Assembly: GCF_006345805.1 (NCBI RefSeq)
Contig: NC_043001.1
Span: 51,026,001 to 51,090,000, forward strand
Length of the DNA stretch: 64,000 nt
Direction of reading: 5' to 3'
Source: Octopus sinensis
Lineage: Eukaryota
The first letter of the stretch is position 1, and each line of letters opens with the position of its first letter. Positions 39,389-51,470 of the stretch are shown in pieces. The position numbers and the translations under genes are program-made. The notes under the pieces were generated by a model that made no database searches, was not told the origin of the DNA, and was given only the letters and a program-made list of their open reading frames with translations.

Positions 39389-39601
39389 ATGAATGTCAAT
39401 CCAGCCCATGTTTGAATAATGGTACCTGTACAAATTTACTCGACATGTTTAGCTGCAGTTGTCAATCAGGATTCTCAGGAAGATTCTGTGAATTGTATAG
39501 TGACCCATGTAGTCTTGTTAACTGTACAAGCAACTCAAAATGTATTCCAGACTCTTCCACAAACAATGCTATGTGTGTATGTTACCCAAATTTCTACAAA
39601 G
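39389..39601 (+). CDS. Exon 11; calcium-binding-type EGF plus next EGF
   Basis: gtcttttag acceptor, G|gttggt donor, phase 1/1; DECQSSPCLNNGTCTNLLDMFSCSCQSGFSGRFCELYSDPCSLVNCTSNSKCIPDSSTNNAMCVCYPNFYK. Confidence 0.93.
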
Positions 39602-39629
39602 GTTGGTTAAAATTTTGACTTTTAACTGT

Positions 39630-39857
39630 TTAACCCTTTAGCATTCAGATTATTCTGTCAAATGTAATGCTTATTTATTTGCATTGCTTTGAATTTATCA
39701 TCTATTATCTTGTAGCTTTGAGATTTTGATGAAGTAACTGTTTAGTTTTAGACTGACATTGTAGGGTAGGTGTGAGAAGCCAGACCTGGCTTGTTTGAAA
39801 ATAAAATGGGTAGAATATTTTGGCTAGATATGGCCAGTTTAAACACTAAACAGTTAA
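39630..39857. mobile_element. TTAA-flanked MITE (piggyBac-like)
   Basis: TTAA-CCCTTTAGCATT ... AACACTAAACAG-TTAA. Confidence 0.7.
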
Positions 39858-40524
39858 TATTTTAAGTATATCTTACATATTTTTTTTAAACCTTTCTATA
39901 TTTTATTAAACAATTTCAAAACCTGTATATTTTCAGTTATTGTAAAAATCTAATTTTTTCCACAATTATTTTAAAAACCTCTCTACATTTTCCTAATTAT
40001 AGTAAAAGTCTATATATTTTCTCTCCATTATTAAAAAATAAAACTGTATATTTCTCCAATAATTTTAAAAACTTGTATTCTCCCAACCATTTTTAAAAAA
40101 TCAATTTGGTTTCCCAACCATTTTAAATATCCATATACATTTTCAAATATTTAAAATAACTACTTTTTCTCAGTAATTAAAAAAAATTCTAGTACATTTT
40201 TTCCAATATTCAAAAAAAAAAAAACTGTATTTGTTCTAATAATTTTCAAAACTTCTGATTATTCTAAAATTTTTATACTTTCCAAATCATTTAAATAAAT
40301 CTGTAATTTTATAATCACTTTAAGTATCTATTTATTTCTCAATGCTTTTAAATATCTGTCTAAGCTCCAATCATTTTCAAATTTGTATATTTTTTCCTTT
40401 AATTTAAACACTTGGTGATATTTTTTATTAGAGCCTTCAACTGTGGTAGCTGTTGGGCTGAGATGAGTTTGTGCTACTTGTGAAAAGACCTGATCTGGAT
40501 TTTGGTTAGGGTTATGGTGTAGAG

Positions 40525-40820
40525 CAGGGGTTCTCAACCAGGGTCCATATAAGATTTTGGTGAGTTTATGGATGCAATATAGTAAATTGGGTGTCCATGG
40601 TAACTTTACAGGAGCCATGAAAAAAATTGTACTTCAGACCATTGAATTGATTATATGTTTACAAAACACAAAATATTGAAAAAATTTTAACACAAGTCCT
40701 AATAATATTTAATTATTAAAATATGAAAGGATTTTTTAAACAGCAAATGGTTATAGGGATCCACACAAGTAACATAAGAATCAAAGGGGTCCGTAGACAA
40801 AAAGTGGCTGAGAACCCCTA
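40525..40820. mobile_element. hAT (Charlie-like) MITE with 8-bp TSD
   Basis: CAGGGGTTCTCAAC ... GCTGAGAACCCCTA; TSD GTGTAGAG (40517-40524) / GTGTAGAC (40821-40828). Confidence 0.85.
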
Positions 40821-40828
40821 GTGTAGAC

Positions 40829-41050
40829 GTAATGGTTAAGGTTTAAGATTAGAGTTAAAGGTAAGGTATAGAGTTAGGGTTATGGTTAGGGTTTAGGGTT
40901 AGCATTTAGTGTAAGGTTAGGGTTTAGGGTTAAGGTCATGGTTAGAGTTTAGGATAAAGTTTAGTGTTTAGTATAAGGTTAGAGTTTAGAGAAAGGTTAG
41001 GGTTAGATTTAAGGTAAGGTTTGGGTTCAAGTTAAGGGTTAGGGTTAGAT
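40829..41050 (+). repeat. Degenerate (TTAGGG)n/(TTTAGGG)n-like tract
   Basis: GTTAGGGTTATGGTTAGGGTTTAGGGTTAG...; a short piece also lies left of the MITE (40504-40516). Confidence 0.75.
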
Positions 41051-41276
41051 TGCACACTAAAGCATAAATGACCCAGTAGATTGCACCCTAAAGTGGCACA
41101 GATGAGTTTCTGTCTCTTCTCTCCCAGTTTCCAAATTTCTTAGAGTGACATCACTCTTGTAGATGGATAACTTCCTTCACCTATACATCTCACTGTCTAT
41201 CAATAATAATAAAAAAAAGTTATTATAATAATAAATCTGCCAAAGTAATTCCTTTCAAAAAAATTATTTTTAACAG

Positions 41277-41510
41277 ATAATAATGGACTATGTGTTCCTA
41301 TAAATTCTTGCAAAACTATAACTTGCCAAAATGGTGGCACATGCATTGAAAATAAAGGTACTATTTCATGTCAGTGCAATCCGGGATATGAAGGGTCCCT
41401 TTGCCAATATAATTCTAAAGCGTGTGGCAATCTCACTTGTCAAAATGGAACTGTATGCCAAGAAGACAAAGGTATATACCAATGTGTCTCTAATTCCAAT
41501 CAAACTAAAG
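41277..41510 (+). CDS. Exon 12; EGF repeat plus truncated 4-Cys EGF
   Basis: ttttaacag acceptor, G|gtaaat donor, phase 1/1; NNGLCVPINSCKTITCQNGGTCIENKGTISCQCNPGYEGSLCQYNSKACGNLTCQNGTVCQEDKGIYQCVSNSNQTK. Confidence 0.9.
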
Positions 41511-41576
41511 GTAAATGCTATTTCAGTAATTCATTTAACATGTGTTTATATGAGTGTGTGTATGTTAGTGAGTATG

Positions 41577-41607
<31 letters not shown>

Positions 41608-41811
41608 GTGGTGGTTAATTGGCAGACTCATTAGAGCATTGGGTAACACATGTTGCATTGTTTATTTTAGGTCTCTGTGCCATATGTTCAAATGCAGCAG
41701 AGGTCAAATTTGCTTTCCATATTTTTATGGTCAATAAAAACATACCAGCTGAATTCTTTTTCTCTCTCTCACTATTCTCTCCTCTATCACCCTCTGGTCC
41801 TCCTTCATTTC

Positions 41812-41853
<42 letters not shown>

Positions 41854-42225
41854 ATGCTGACACATACTGGATGTTTTTCTGGGTCAAAGGTGGGAGGGCT
41901 GACTGGGTGTCCATGTCTGCTTGCCATTAAATGTGCACCTAAAAATAATTAGCTAAAACATTTAAATGCTGCCAACTGAGACATTGTCTATTCTGATTGG
42001 CCACGACACTTATATGATGTGTATGTGTGCATGTGTGTGTGTGAGCATGTACATTTATGTTTGTGTGTGCATATATGTTTGTGTGTGTCTATGTGTGTTT
42101 ATGTGTGTGATGGTTTTGTATTTAAAATTTCTTTCCAATAGAAAAGCAAAACTGATCTTAACCTAAAACCAAAGCTTCTTTATTGGAAACTCAAGATATT
42201 TTGGTAGTTGTGTATATGTATGTAT

Positions 42226-42272
<47 letters not shown>

Positions 42273-42563
42273 TATCATTGCAATACAATAGCATCACTTT
42301 CCAGCCAAATAAAGCACAATAAAAGTAGAAACATAAATAAGAAATAGTGGTACGACAAGGCACCAATGTTTGCTGGAAATAGCAGTCAATAATGTTACAA
42401 TGCTAAGTAAAGCTTCACTGAAATATATGGGGAAGACTGGTTTATGGGATTGCCTTATGTTTTCTGTCCATAATGTGTTTAGCTTTATGGCATATTGTCA
42501 GATCCCAAAACCTGTTGGCCCCTTAGTGTACGCTTCTTTAGGATTTATGTATTTTTACAGACA

Positions 42564-42634
<71 letters not shown>

Positions 42635-42881
42635 GTATATATTTGTATATGTGTGTGTATATATTTGTGTGTCTGTGTTTGTTCCCCCACTATCACTTGA
42701 CAACTGAGGTTGGTGTGTTTATGTTCTCCTAACTTAGCAGTTCAGCATAAGAGATTGATAGAATAAGTACTAGGCTTACAAAGAATAAATCCTAGCATTG
42801 ATTTTTTCGACTAAAAGCAGTGCTCCAGCATGGCTGCAGTCAAATAAATGAAACAAATAAAAATATATATATATATATATA

Positions 42882-43748
42882 TGTGGGGGTACCCAAAAGA
42901 AGCTGGAATTTTACAAGTTTACACTTTTTATCACCTTCAAAGTATTCTCTATTTGAAGCAATGCATCAGTCCAGGTGTGTTTTCTACTATTTGAAGCAGT
43001 ACTGGAACTCTATTCTTGTGAAGTGATGCCTTTTAAAGCTCCCGTTGTTTTTTCCTTTACCTCTTCCATGTCTGCAAATTCCATAGCACCAGCTTCTATT
43101 TCCAGTGATGATCTTTGAAAAAAGGTCCAGATCTACTTCTAGTTGTTCTTTCAGTTCACAACATACATTCAGTTGTGACAGTTTTTGATCTCCTGTGAGC
43201 AGGTACAAATTTTGCTGCAACTCTTTCCATTCACAATTCCTCACTCAAAATTCGTTGGCAGGTACTCCAGGACACACCAGTCATATCAACAAGTTTATCG
43301 GTTGTTTGGTGACAGTCCTCCAGGATCAGTTCGTGAATCTTCATGTTTCCATTTGTTCAGGAGGTTGATGGTCATCCTGAATGAAATTGGGCTTCAAGAG
43401 ACAAGTGAAGCATGGAAACCACTTGCAAACTTGTGTTTTTCTCATGGCAGCATCCTTGTAAGCTGTTTGAAGCATGACAACTGTTTCAGTCGCTGTTTTC
43501 TCTGGCAGAAAACAGAATTTCATGGAAGTACACAGTTCCCTCATTTCAGCCATTGCAAAAATCAACAAACAGGGAAGAAGCACTGTAAATCAAAGACACT
43601 TCACATGGCAGTAGGACTTTATTTCACAATGTCAGTTAGCAGATTGTTGCCTGAGGGTCCCATCAAGTGGTATCTAGCAGTAGAATCCTGAACTACAATT
43701 GGTTTGTTCCATAGAGAATGTTTCTGGTTACTTTTGGATACCTCCTCA
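42882..43748 (-). mobile_element. Internally deleted mariner element with both TIRs
   Basis: TA-TGTGGGGGTACCCAAAAGAAGCTGGA versus the reverse complement of the right end TA-TGAGGAGGTATCCAAAAGTAACCAGA; minus ORFs MKFCFLPEKTATETVVMLQTAY and FSKIITGNRSWCYG. Confidence 0.85.
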
Positions 43749-44733
43749 TATATATATATATAAGTGTATATATATATATATAAGTGTATGTGTGCATGTA
43801 CAACAAGCTTTGCCCAGTTTCCATCTGCCAAATTCACTTACAAACCTTTGGTTTGCTTTAAGTTATAGCAGAAGACACTTGCCCAAGGTACATGTGATTT
43901 AATATTTTCACTAATCAGTTAGCAATATATATTTTATTTGGGTTTTTACTTCTGAGTATTCAATATTTTTGTATGTTTTGTGTGTTTGTATGAATATTGT
44001 TCTATTGCACATAACAGATTTTTATTCAGTCAAGAAATTATTAGCAACACCAATGAATGTTCATTCACTGTTTCTCCTAATATCAGTAGCAACTGATTTT
44101 GTCTTGACATGCAGTTGGTTGTGTGTACATATTAATGATAATGCCCATCAAGGCAGAGATGTGCATTTAGCATTTTGACCAGCCACTACTGGGCTGACGT
44201 GCATCTGCCTCTGATATATATTCTGTGTTTTTAAACACAGCACATCCATAAGAGATATTATCTCCAGTTAATCTCTCTCATCACTTCTTCATTTGCTTAT
44301 TCCTGGAAGGTTGTAGGAGAAGAGTCCTCAAGTACACTGCCTTCCATCAGATCTTGTCAGTACCAACAGTGTTCAATTGATCTGACTGGATCCCCAAACA
44401 AGGTCAACCAAGCTCATGGATGTTATCCAACCATCTTGTTCATAGTCTTCTAGATTTCTGGTCAGTTGGTTTTGCCCATAAAACCTGTCCAGTAATTCTT
44501 TTCTGGGACATTCCTAATATGAATGCTACAATAAATTTGCTTCTCGCTATATTTGCATTGAGTGTGACACTTAGATGGCTGTTTTACCTGTTCTGTTAAA
44601 ATTGAAGCACCGATATATATATTAGATACCCTGCTGTCCACTACCAACAAAAGTGGTAACTCTGATATCTCATTATTCTTTTAAAAAATAACATTTTGTC
44701 TTCTAAATAAAGTTTTTTCACTTATATTTACAG

Positions 44734-44843
44734 CTGAAGAAACTAGAACTGTCTGCTCTTTTAATGTAACAAACAACTGCACTAATTTTGATCCAAGAAA
44801 CCATAATTGTTTGGTCAATGGAATAGCTGGAGTTTACTGTAAG
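44734..44843 (+). CDS. Exon 13; atypical Cys-rich segment
   Basis: tatttacag acceptor, AAG|gtaagc donor, phase 1/0, bridging exons 12 and 14; EETRTVCSFNVTNNCTNFDPRNHNCLVNGIAGVYCK. Confidence 0.82.
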
Positions 44844-45424
44844 GTAAGCAGCATTGGACTTCATATCATAATAAGGATTTCCTTTACCTAGATGCTTATG
44901 TAAATGAAGAAAGAGCTTCCTTGATTAAAATGGCTCCACCACCACCACCACCACCGCTACCACTGCCGCCGCCGCCACCACCACCACCGCCACCACCACC
45001 ACCACCACCACCCTCTTCATAACTTCTGCTGATCTCCCTACCACTAAATTTAAGTAGTTCCGTACCAACTGGAGTAGTTCTTTCTACTTGTATGTTAAGC
45101 TAAGGTACCTCAAACAGTTATAATCCTATGCTGAAGACACCTAATGTTATATCCAGAACCACTGAATGTCACACGAGACTAAGGATCTATACTTGAAAAG
45201 CTCCTTTCAGATTCAAAAAATCCTGGACACAACACAGTCCTCTAACCCACCAGATCCTGTCAAATATAAACTTTCTTTTAAAATAATAAATGTGATTTGA
45301 GATAAATTTGTCTGCTATTTTCTTCAGGCCAACTGACTATAGAGAAGCTCCATAGTTGGAGTTGACCCTGTTGTTAGAGACACACATTCTGAGGCAAGTA
45401 GAGTTATCTACGATAAATGTCACC

Positions 45425-45724
45425 CTTTTCAAGCCTAGCCAGGCTCATGGGTCCGGTTTCCTGGTTTCTGTGGTGTATGTGTTTACCCCAGCTGGATGGG
45501 ATGCTAGTCCATCACAGCATTACTCAAGAAACAGGAAGAGAGAGTGAGAGAAAGTTGTGGTGAAAGAGTACAACAGGGGTCACCACCACCCCCTGCCAGA
45601 GCCTTGTGGAACTTTTAGGTGTTTTCGCTCAATAAACACATACAACACCCGGTCTGGGAATTGAAACCACAATTCTCCAACCGCAAGTCTGCTGCCCTAA
45701 CCACTGGGCCATTGCCCCTCCACA
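45425..45724 (-). mobile_element. tRNA-derived SINE
   Basis: Minus strand GTGGAGGGGCAATGGCCCAGTGGTTAGGGC...GGTTTCAATTCCCAGACCGGG; tail homologous to 47-291. Confidence 0.75.
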
Positions 45725-45844
45725 GTTATCTACTTTATCATTAATAAAACACAATTAAATGTCTTCAGCATTGTGCTTCACATTTTATTTATTTACTGTT
45801 TTCTTATATATATATATATATATATATTTTATTTATTGTTTCAG

Positions 45845-45975
45845 GAAAATCCTTGCCAAGGTATCCAAGAGAATGGTACATGTCCATGCTTACCAGCATT
45901 TGTCAATGAATGTGATAGTAAACCCTGTTTAAATGGGGCTACATGTCTTCAGAGTGGAAACTCCTCGCGTTGCAT
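45845..45975 (+). CDS. Exon 14; Cys-rich segment plus EGF
   Basis: attgtttcag acceptor, AT|gtaagt donor, phase 0/2; ENPCQGIQENGTCPCLPAFVNECDSKPCLNGATCLQSGNSSRC. Confidence 0.9.
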
Positions 45976-47179
45976 GTAAGTCAATATCTTTACTTGTGTC
46001 ATTTCGGACTTAAAAGGGTTAATATTGTTGCTATTATCATCATCTCTATCCTAACCACTACCACTTCCTGCAGCACCGTCCTTGTTGTAGGTATAATATT
46101 TGTTATTATCAGCATTGTCATCACTACTATCACCACCTCCAATAACCCTGCCTCTCCATAAATACTATCACCAAATTTAAGTAAAGGTAAAGACCCTGTT
46201 CGGTCATGAATGACCATGGGATCGCACCTAGAAAGTTACCCTCTGAGGCATAAGTCTGGGCAAGGTTGCTTATGAAAGACCAGCTGTCACCCATGCATAC
46301 CAGCTTCCTACCTCCATTCCACTGATGTTATCCAAGAGAAAGGCAAAGGCTGATACAGCTTGGTATCAATGATATCACACCTCATTTTTACAGCTGAGTG
46401 AACTGAAGCAACATGAAATAAAGTGTCTAGCTCAAGAACACAATACACAACCTGGTCTGGGAATTAAACTCACTACCTCATGATTGTGAGCTTGGAACTT
46501 TAACTACTAAGTCATGCACCAAATTTAAGTAATTCCTTACAAACTGAAGTAATTTTTTTCTTTACTTGTATGCTAAGTTACCTCTAATAGCTATAATCCC
46601 AAGTTGAAGACTACTTGTTTTATATCTAGAGTCTCTGGATGTCTCATAAGATTGAGGATTAACATCTCAAATGCTCTCCCCACCCAAGCCACAGATCTGG
46701 GTATGGTGAGCATAAAATAGTTCTCTGATCTGTCAGATCCTGTCAAACTGCCCAAGCCATGCCAGCATGAGAGGGAGACATTAAAAGATGATGATGATGA
46801 TATGATGAAGGAAGACCTGCAGTTGTCAATGCTTGCAACCCTTCTCACTCCACTTCATACCACTGATGTTATTCAAGAGAAAGGTTGGTGGGGGTAGGAC
46901 ATTAAAACTTGGCACCAGTGTTGTGACAAGCATTGCCATCAAAGAGATGGGATACATGGAATAAAGCATCCCATTTGATGCTATTGCAATTCTTCCTTTT
47001 TGGTTTGTTGTTTACAAGGAAGCATCTGATAATAAAACTCACCACACCACCACCATCACCAGCAACAGCAACAAATGGGCAGATTTGTCAGAGTATCTCA
47101 TAGAATGTCTTGCAGTCTATGTTCTGATATCCAGTGGTCTGAGTTCAAATCCTACCAATTTGCTTTTCATCCTGCCAAA

Positions 47180-47950
47180 TGTCAATAAATAAAGTACTAC
47201 CTTGACTGATGGATTGGTAGAACTGTAGGACCATTAGAGCAGATACTTAATTCCTTGGAGTCTATGTGAAGCATGGAGGGGACCAGCAAGAGATTGCCAT
47301 TTGTTTCAATTTTTGGTAGTGGATTGCAGTTGTCCCCCAGTGTCGGAGTTGGCCTGTGCTTCTTTCTCTCAGCTTTATAACTTAATTGCCTTATATGCAA
47401 TCTCTGAAGACCATCTCTCCTTATTAGAACTGGTCTCATGTCTTCCCTTGTTGGCATTTCAGTAGCAATGTAGAAAATTCATTGTGCAGGACTGCTAACC
47501 AATGTCTACTCCCTCTCCTCTTTTCTTATCTAGTGTTGAGATCAGCTATGGCAAAACCGATGCCTTGCAGTTTTTATTCTAGCTCTTTGCATTGCCTACA
47601 TGGTTGGTAAACTTAGCTTCTCCCTTAGTTTAACAAAATAGTCTGGAAGCTTGGATAACTTTAGCCTGTTAAATTGTATGACGGCAGCTTCTGTATCATA
47701 ATAGCTACACCAATCTCATTCAGGCCCTGCTTCCTAATGAAAAGAATTCTTATGTCTATATCTTTGGTACTAGGATGCTTTGCAGGATAATGGTTACCAT
47801 TGGTCATATGATTTGAGAGTGCCAGCTCAGACTGTTTGGCCATGTTGCTCAATTTGTTGAGTTAGAGCCTGCTTACCGTGTTCTCTTCATTGAGAGATCT
47901 GGCAGGGTTAACAGCTTGTATTGGTTGGCCATGTGCTACATGGTCACAGC
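47180..47950 (-). mobile_element. Highly degenerate LINE (probably RTE) endonuclease-region fragment
   Basis: Minus-strand remnants such as KQGLNEIGVAIMI resemble the RTE GQE..RRNGVA.I motif; part is duplicated at about 48520-48660; very eroded. Confidence 0.35.
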
Positions 47951-48231
47951 AAATGAGGTGGTATCTTGTGGAGATGGGAACTGTGCTCCACAGGTTACCT
48001 AGGAGGACCTAGGAATATGCAACCAAATGACAAATGCAACAATGTACTGCAACAGTGCATGTTCCCACAAGTAACCTGACCTTTGAGCAACATGCAGGAA
48101 TCCTATGTGTCAACTCAAGCATCTTATATTTTATAAATGTGCCTTCATTCCATGAATATTTTTTCTCTAAGATGTGTAAAGTATCTCAAGACTTCACTAT
48201 TTTTGTAATTTTTTATTGCATCTTTTCTTAG

Positions 48232-48362
48232 ATGTTCATCTGGTTATTATGGAAAGACTTGTGAACGTAAAATTGATGCATGCCAAACAGTAAACCATTG
48301 TCTAGGGTCGAATAGCAGCTGTCGGATGGTCAATAATAAAGCTACTTGTATCTGCCCTACAG
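48232..48362 (+). CDS. Exon 15; EGF repeat
   Basis: cttttcttag acceptor, G|gtacag donor, phase 2/1; CSSGYYGKTCERKIDACQTVNHCLGSNSSCRMVNNKATCICPT. Confidence 0.92.
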
Positions 48363-48922
48363 GTACAGAGATAACTAAATGTTTTGTTAAATTATGTTTT
48401 CTTTTTTTCATTTGACATTATCACAGGTAAACTGATACTTAGTAACGTTACCATTAATCAATTAAAGATCCATGTATAATTAATTAATGAAAGTTCCATT
48501 TATAATTAATTAATGAAAGGTCATATGATTTGAAAGTGCCAGCCCAGACTATTTGGCTATGTTGCTCAAATTTCTGAGTTAGACCCTGGTTATCATGTTT
48601 TCTTCACCAAGGAACTGGCTGGGTTGCCAACTTGTATTGGTTGACTACATGCCATATGTAGAAGACAGCTCTTTAATTTGGGACCAAAACTGTTGTATAA
48701 CAAGCAGTATGGCACAACTGCTGAAAAATCCACTCAATATAATAGTTTTTATATAAAATATATTTTAATAAAGTATCTAAAAAGTACTCTCTATGTAAAA
48801 TATAATTTCTATAGAATATGTTTCATCTAAAGTATATTTTCTATGAAATATAATTTATGTAAAGTATATGTTATATAAAATATATTCTATATGCAGTGTA
48901 TGGTATATGAAATATATTTTAC

Positions 48923-49059
48923 ATAAGGTGTGGCTGTGTGGTAAGAAGCTTGGTAACCACATGGTTCAGCACCTTGGGCAAATGTCTTCTACTATAGACT
49001 TGAACTGACCAAATCTTTGAGTGGATTTAGTACATGGAAACTGAAAGAAGCCCATCGTA

Positions 49060-49104
<45 letters not shown>

Positions 49105-49350
49105 TGTGTGTCTGTGTGAGTGAGTGTATGTGCCATTGTGTCTGCATTTGTCCCCCACCATTGCTTGACAACTGGTATTGGTGTGTTTATGTCCCTGAAA
49201 CTTAGCAGTTCAGCAAAAAAGATTGATGGAATATGTACAAGACTGAAAAAAAAAGGTACTGGGTCGATTCCTTTGACTAAAAATTCTTTGAGGCAGTGCC
49301 CTAGCATGGCTGCAGTCTACTGACAGAAACAAGTAAAAGATAAAAGATAA
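48923..49350 (+). mobile_element. tRNA-derived SINE with internal microsatellite
   Basis: 17699 family. Confidence 0.8.
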
Positions 49351-49391
49351 AGCATATTTTATATAAAATATATTTATTTCAAATATATGGC

Positions 49392-49431
<40 letters not shown>

Positions 49432-49992
49432 TGATAATAATATGGGGAATAACTCTGCAGCCTAATACCAGGTGCTACATGCAGTGTTAATTTTAACTTC
49501 AATTTTGGTAAAAAGAAAAGTGCATGTTATACCTGGAGTTTTCTGGTTCTTAAATAAATAACTAAAATTATTTAAGTAAGAGCTAATTTATTTTGCAAAC
49601 AATGGCAAAATTGACATTCAGTTAAAATAACATTTTGATTGTTATTTTAGCTGAATGTCAACTTTGCCATGCTGATTGCTTACTGAATCATGCTGACTAA
49701 TAACTACATGATGTTAACTGCCAACTAAGTGTTAGCTGAATAATATTGAATGCTAACTGAATTACATGGATTACTAACTGAACCATGTAGATAACTAACT
49801 GAGTAATGTTGATTGCTAACTGTATGATGTCTAACTGACTGACACCAGCTGCTAAGTGAATAACAGGAATTGCTGACTGAATGGTAACTGAAGTATGCTG
49901 ACCACTAACTGAAAGATACTGACTTCTTGCTCAGCCATGTTAGCTGTAATTAGAATGAATTTGTGACCTTTTCACTAGGGCAAAATAATAAT

Positions 49993-50200
49993 TACTGAGA
50001 TGTACTTGCATAGCTAGTGACCTGATCTGAGATCGTGTGCTGGAACGAAAACAATTGCAGCGTGGAAGGTGTTTATAAGCCATTTAAGAAACACACAAAA
50101 ACCGTTAGATTCACTTCAACATTTAAATTTAATTTGTCAAAATATTTTCGGTGCTTTGAGACCACAACCTGTTCACTGACAAAATTCCGTGCTGTATCTC
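49993..50200. mobile_element. Second copy (single arm) of the 24134 fold-back family
   Basis: TACTGAGATGTACTTGCATAGC...CAATTGCAGC...TTCACTTCAACATTTAA...CCTGTTCACTGACAAAA aligns with 24134-24325. Confidence 0.85.
50133..50183 (-). ncRNA. Minimal type I hammerhead fold with G3-C8 swapped core
   Basis: UUUGUCA GUGAACA GGU(U)GU ggucucaaa GCACC GAA AAUAUU U UGACAAA; 7-bp perfect stem I, palindromic stem III. Confidence 0.65.
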
Positions 50201-50334
50201 ATAATGCTTATAAACACCTTCCACACTGCAAAATAATAATTTCTTTCCAGAAGAAAAAAAATTTACCTAAACAATAATAATTTTTACACAGAAATGAAAC
50301 TGAAAATTACTTCATAAGCTTAATAAATTTGCAG

Positions 50335-50445
50335 GTTTTGGAGGAATTGGCTGTCAAGACAAATCTTTATGTTCCCCTGAATCTTGTCAGAATAAAGGCA
50401 TCTGTTTGGAGAAGTCAAATAATATAACGTGCACTTGTCCACTTG
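50335..50445 (+). CDS. Exon 16; EGF repeat
   Basis: aatttgcag acceptor, G|gtatgt donor, phase 1/1; FGGIGCQDKSLCSPESCQNKGICLEKSNNITCTCPL. Confidence 0.92.
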
Positions 50446-51326
50446 GTATGTATTATGTAAGCGTCTTCATTTTTGTTTTTGCATACAGAACCTCATAAAT
50501 GTGAAAAAAGCATAGGAATTGACCTGGTAAAGGATTCAAGTTTCACTTGAAGAATATGTAGCATTGACATCTATAAAGATCAACAGACTGCCAGAATTGG
50601 TAGAGCATTGGATAAAATATCTTGTGGTATTTAGTTGTTTAGTTTTACTTCCTGAATTTGGATCCCGTTATGATTAAATTTGTTCTACATGTCAAGCCAA
50701 GTGAAATCGTAATTGTGGCTAGTGTCAGTGGCATGCAAAAGGAACCCTTGCTGATTACACGTACGAGGCACCCATTACACTATATAATATTCTCATTGAA
50801 TATATTTCACTAAGGATTTATGCATATATATGCATATATATCTACATATACATACATTTATATGTACATATATATGCATATATGTATATGTATATATACA
50901 CATATGTATATATATATGCATATACATATATATATGCATCTATATATACATATATATGCACATATGTATATATATATGCATATACATACATATATGCATC
51001 TATATATACATATATATGCACATATGTATATATATATGCATATACATACATATATATATACGCATATATGCACATATGTATATATATATGCATATACATA
51101 CATATATATATACGCATATATATATGCATATATATGTATATATGTATATACATATATGCATATATTTATATATGCATGTATATATATATATCCATATTTA
51201 TATAGATAGACATGCATATATGTATATATCTATCTATCTATCTATATATATATATATATATATATTATATTTTGAGAAAATTTGATTTAGTATTTCTAAA
51301 TTGAATTTTTCCCTGTAAGTTTGTAC

Positions 51327-51393
<67 letters not shown>

Positions 51394-51470
51394 TATATAA
51401 AAAATTTCGATGACTGTCTACATGGTAAAAAAACGAAACTTTTGTTTGTCTTGTTGCCGAGAGAGGCTCC

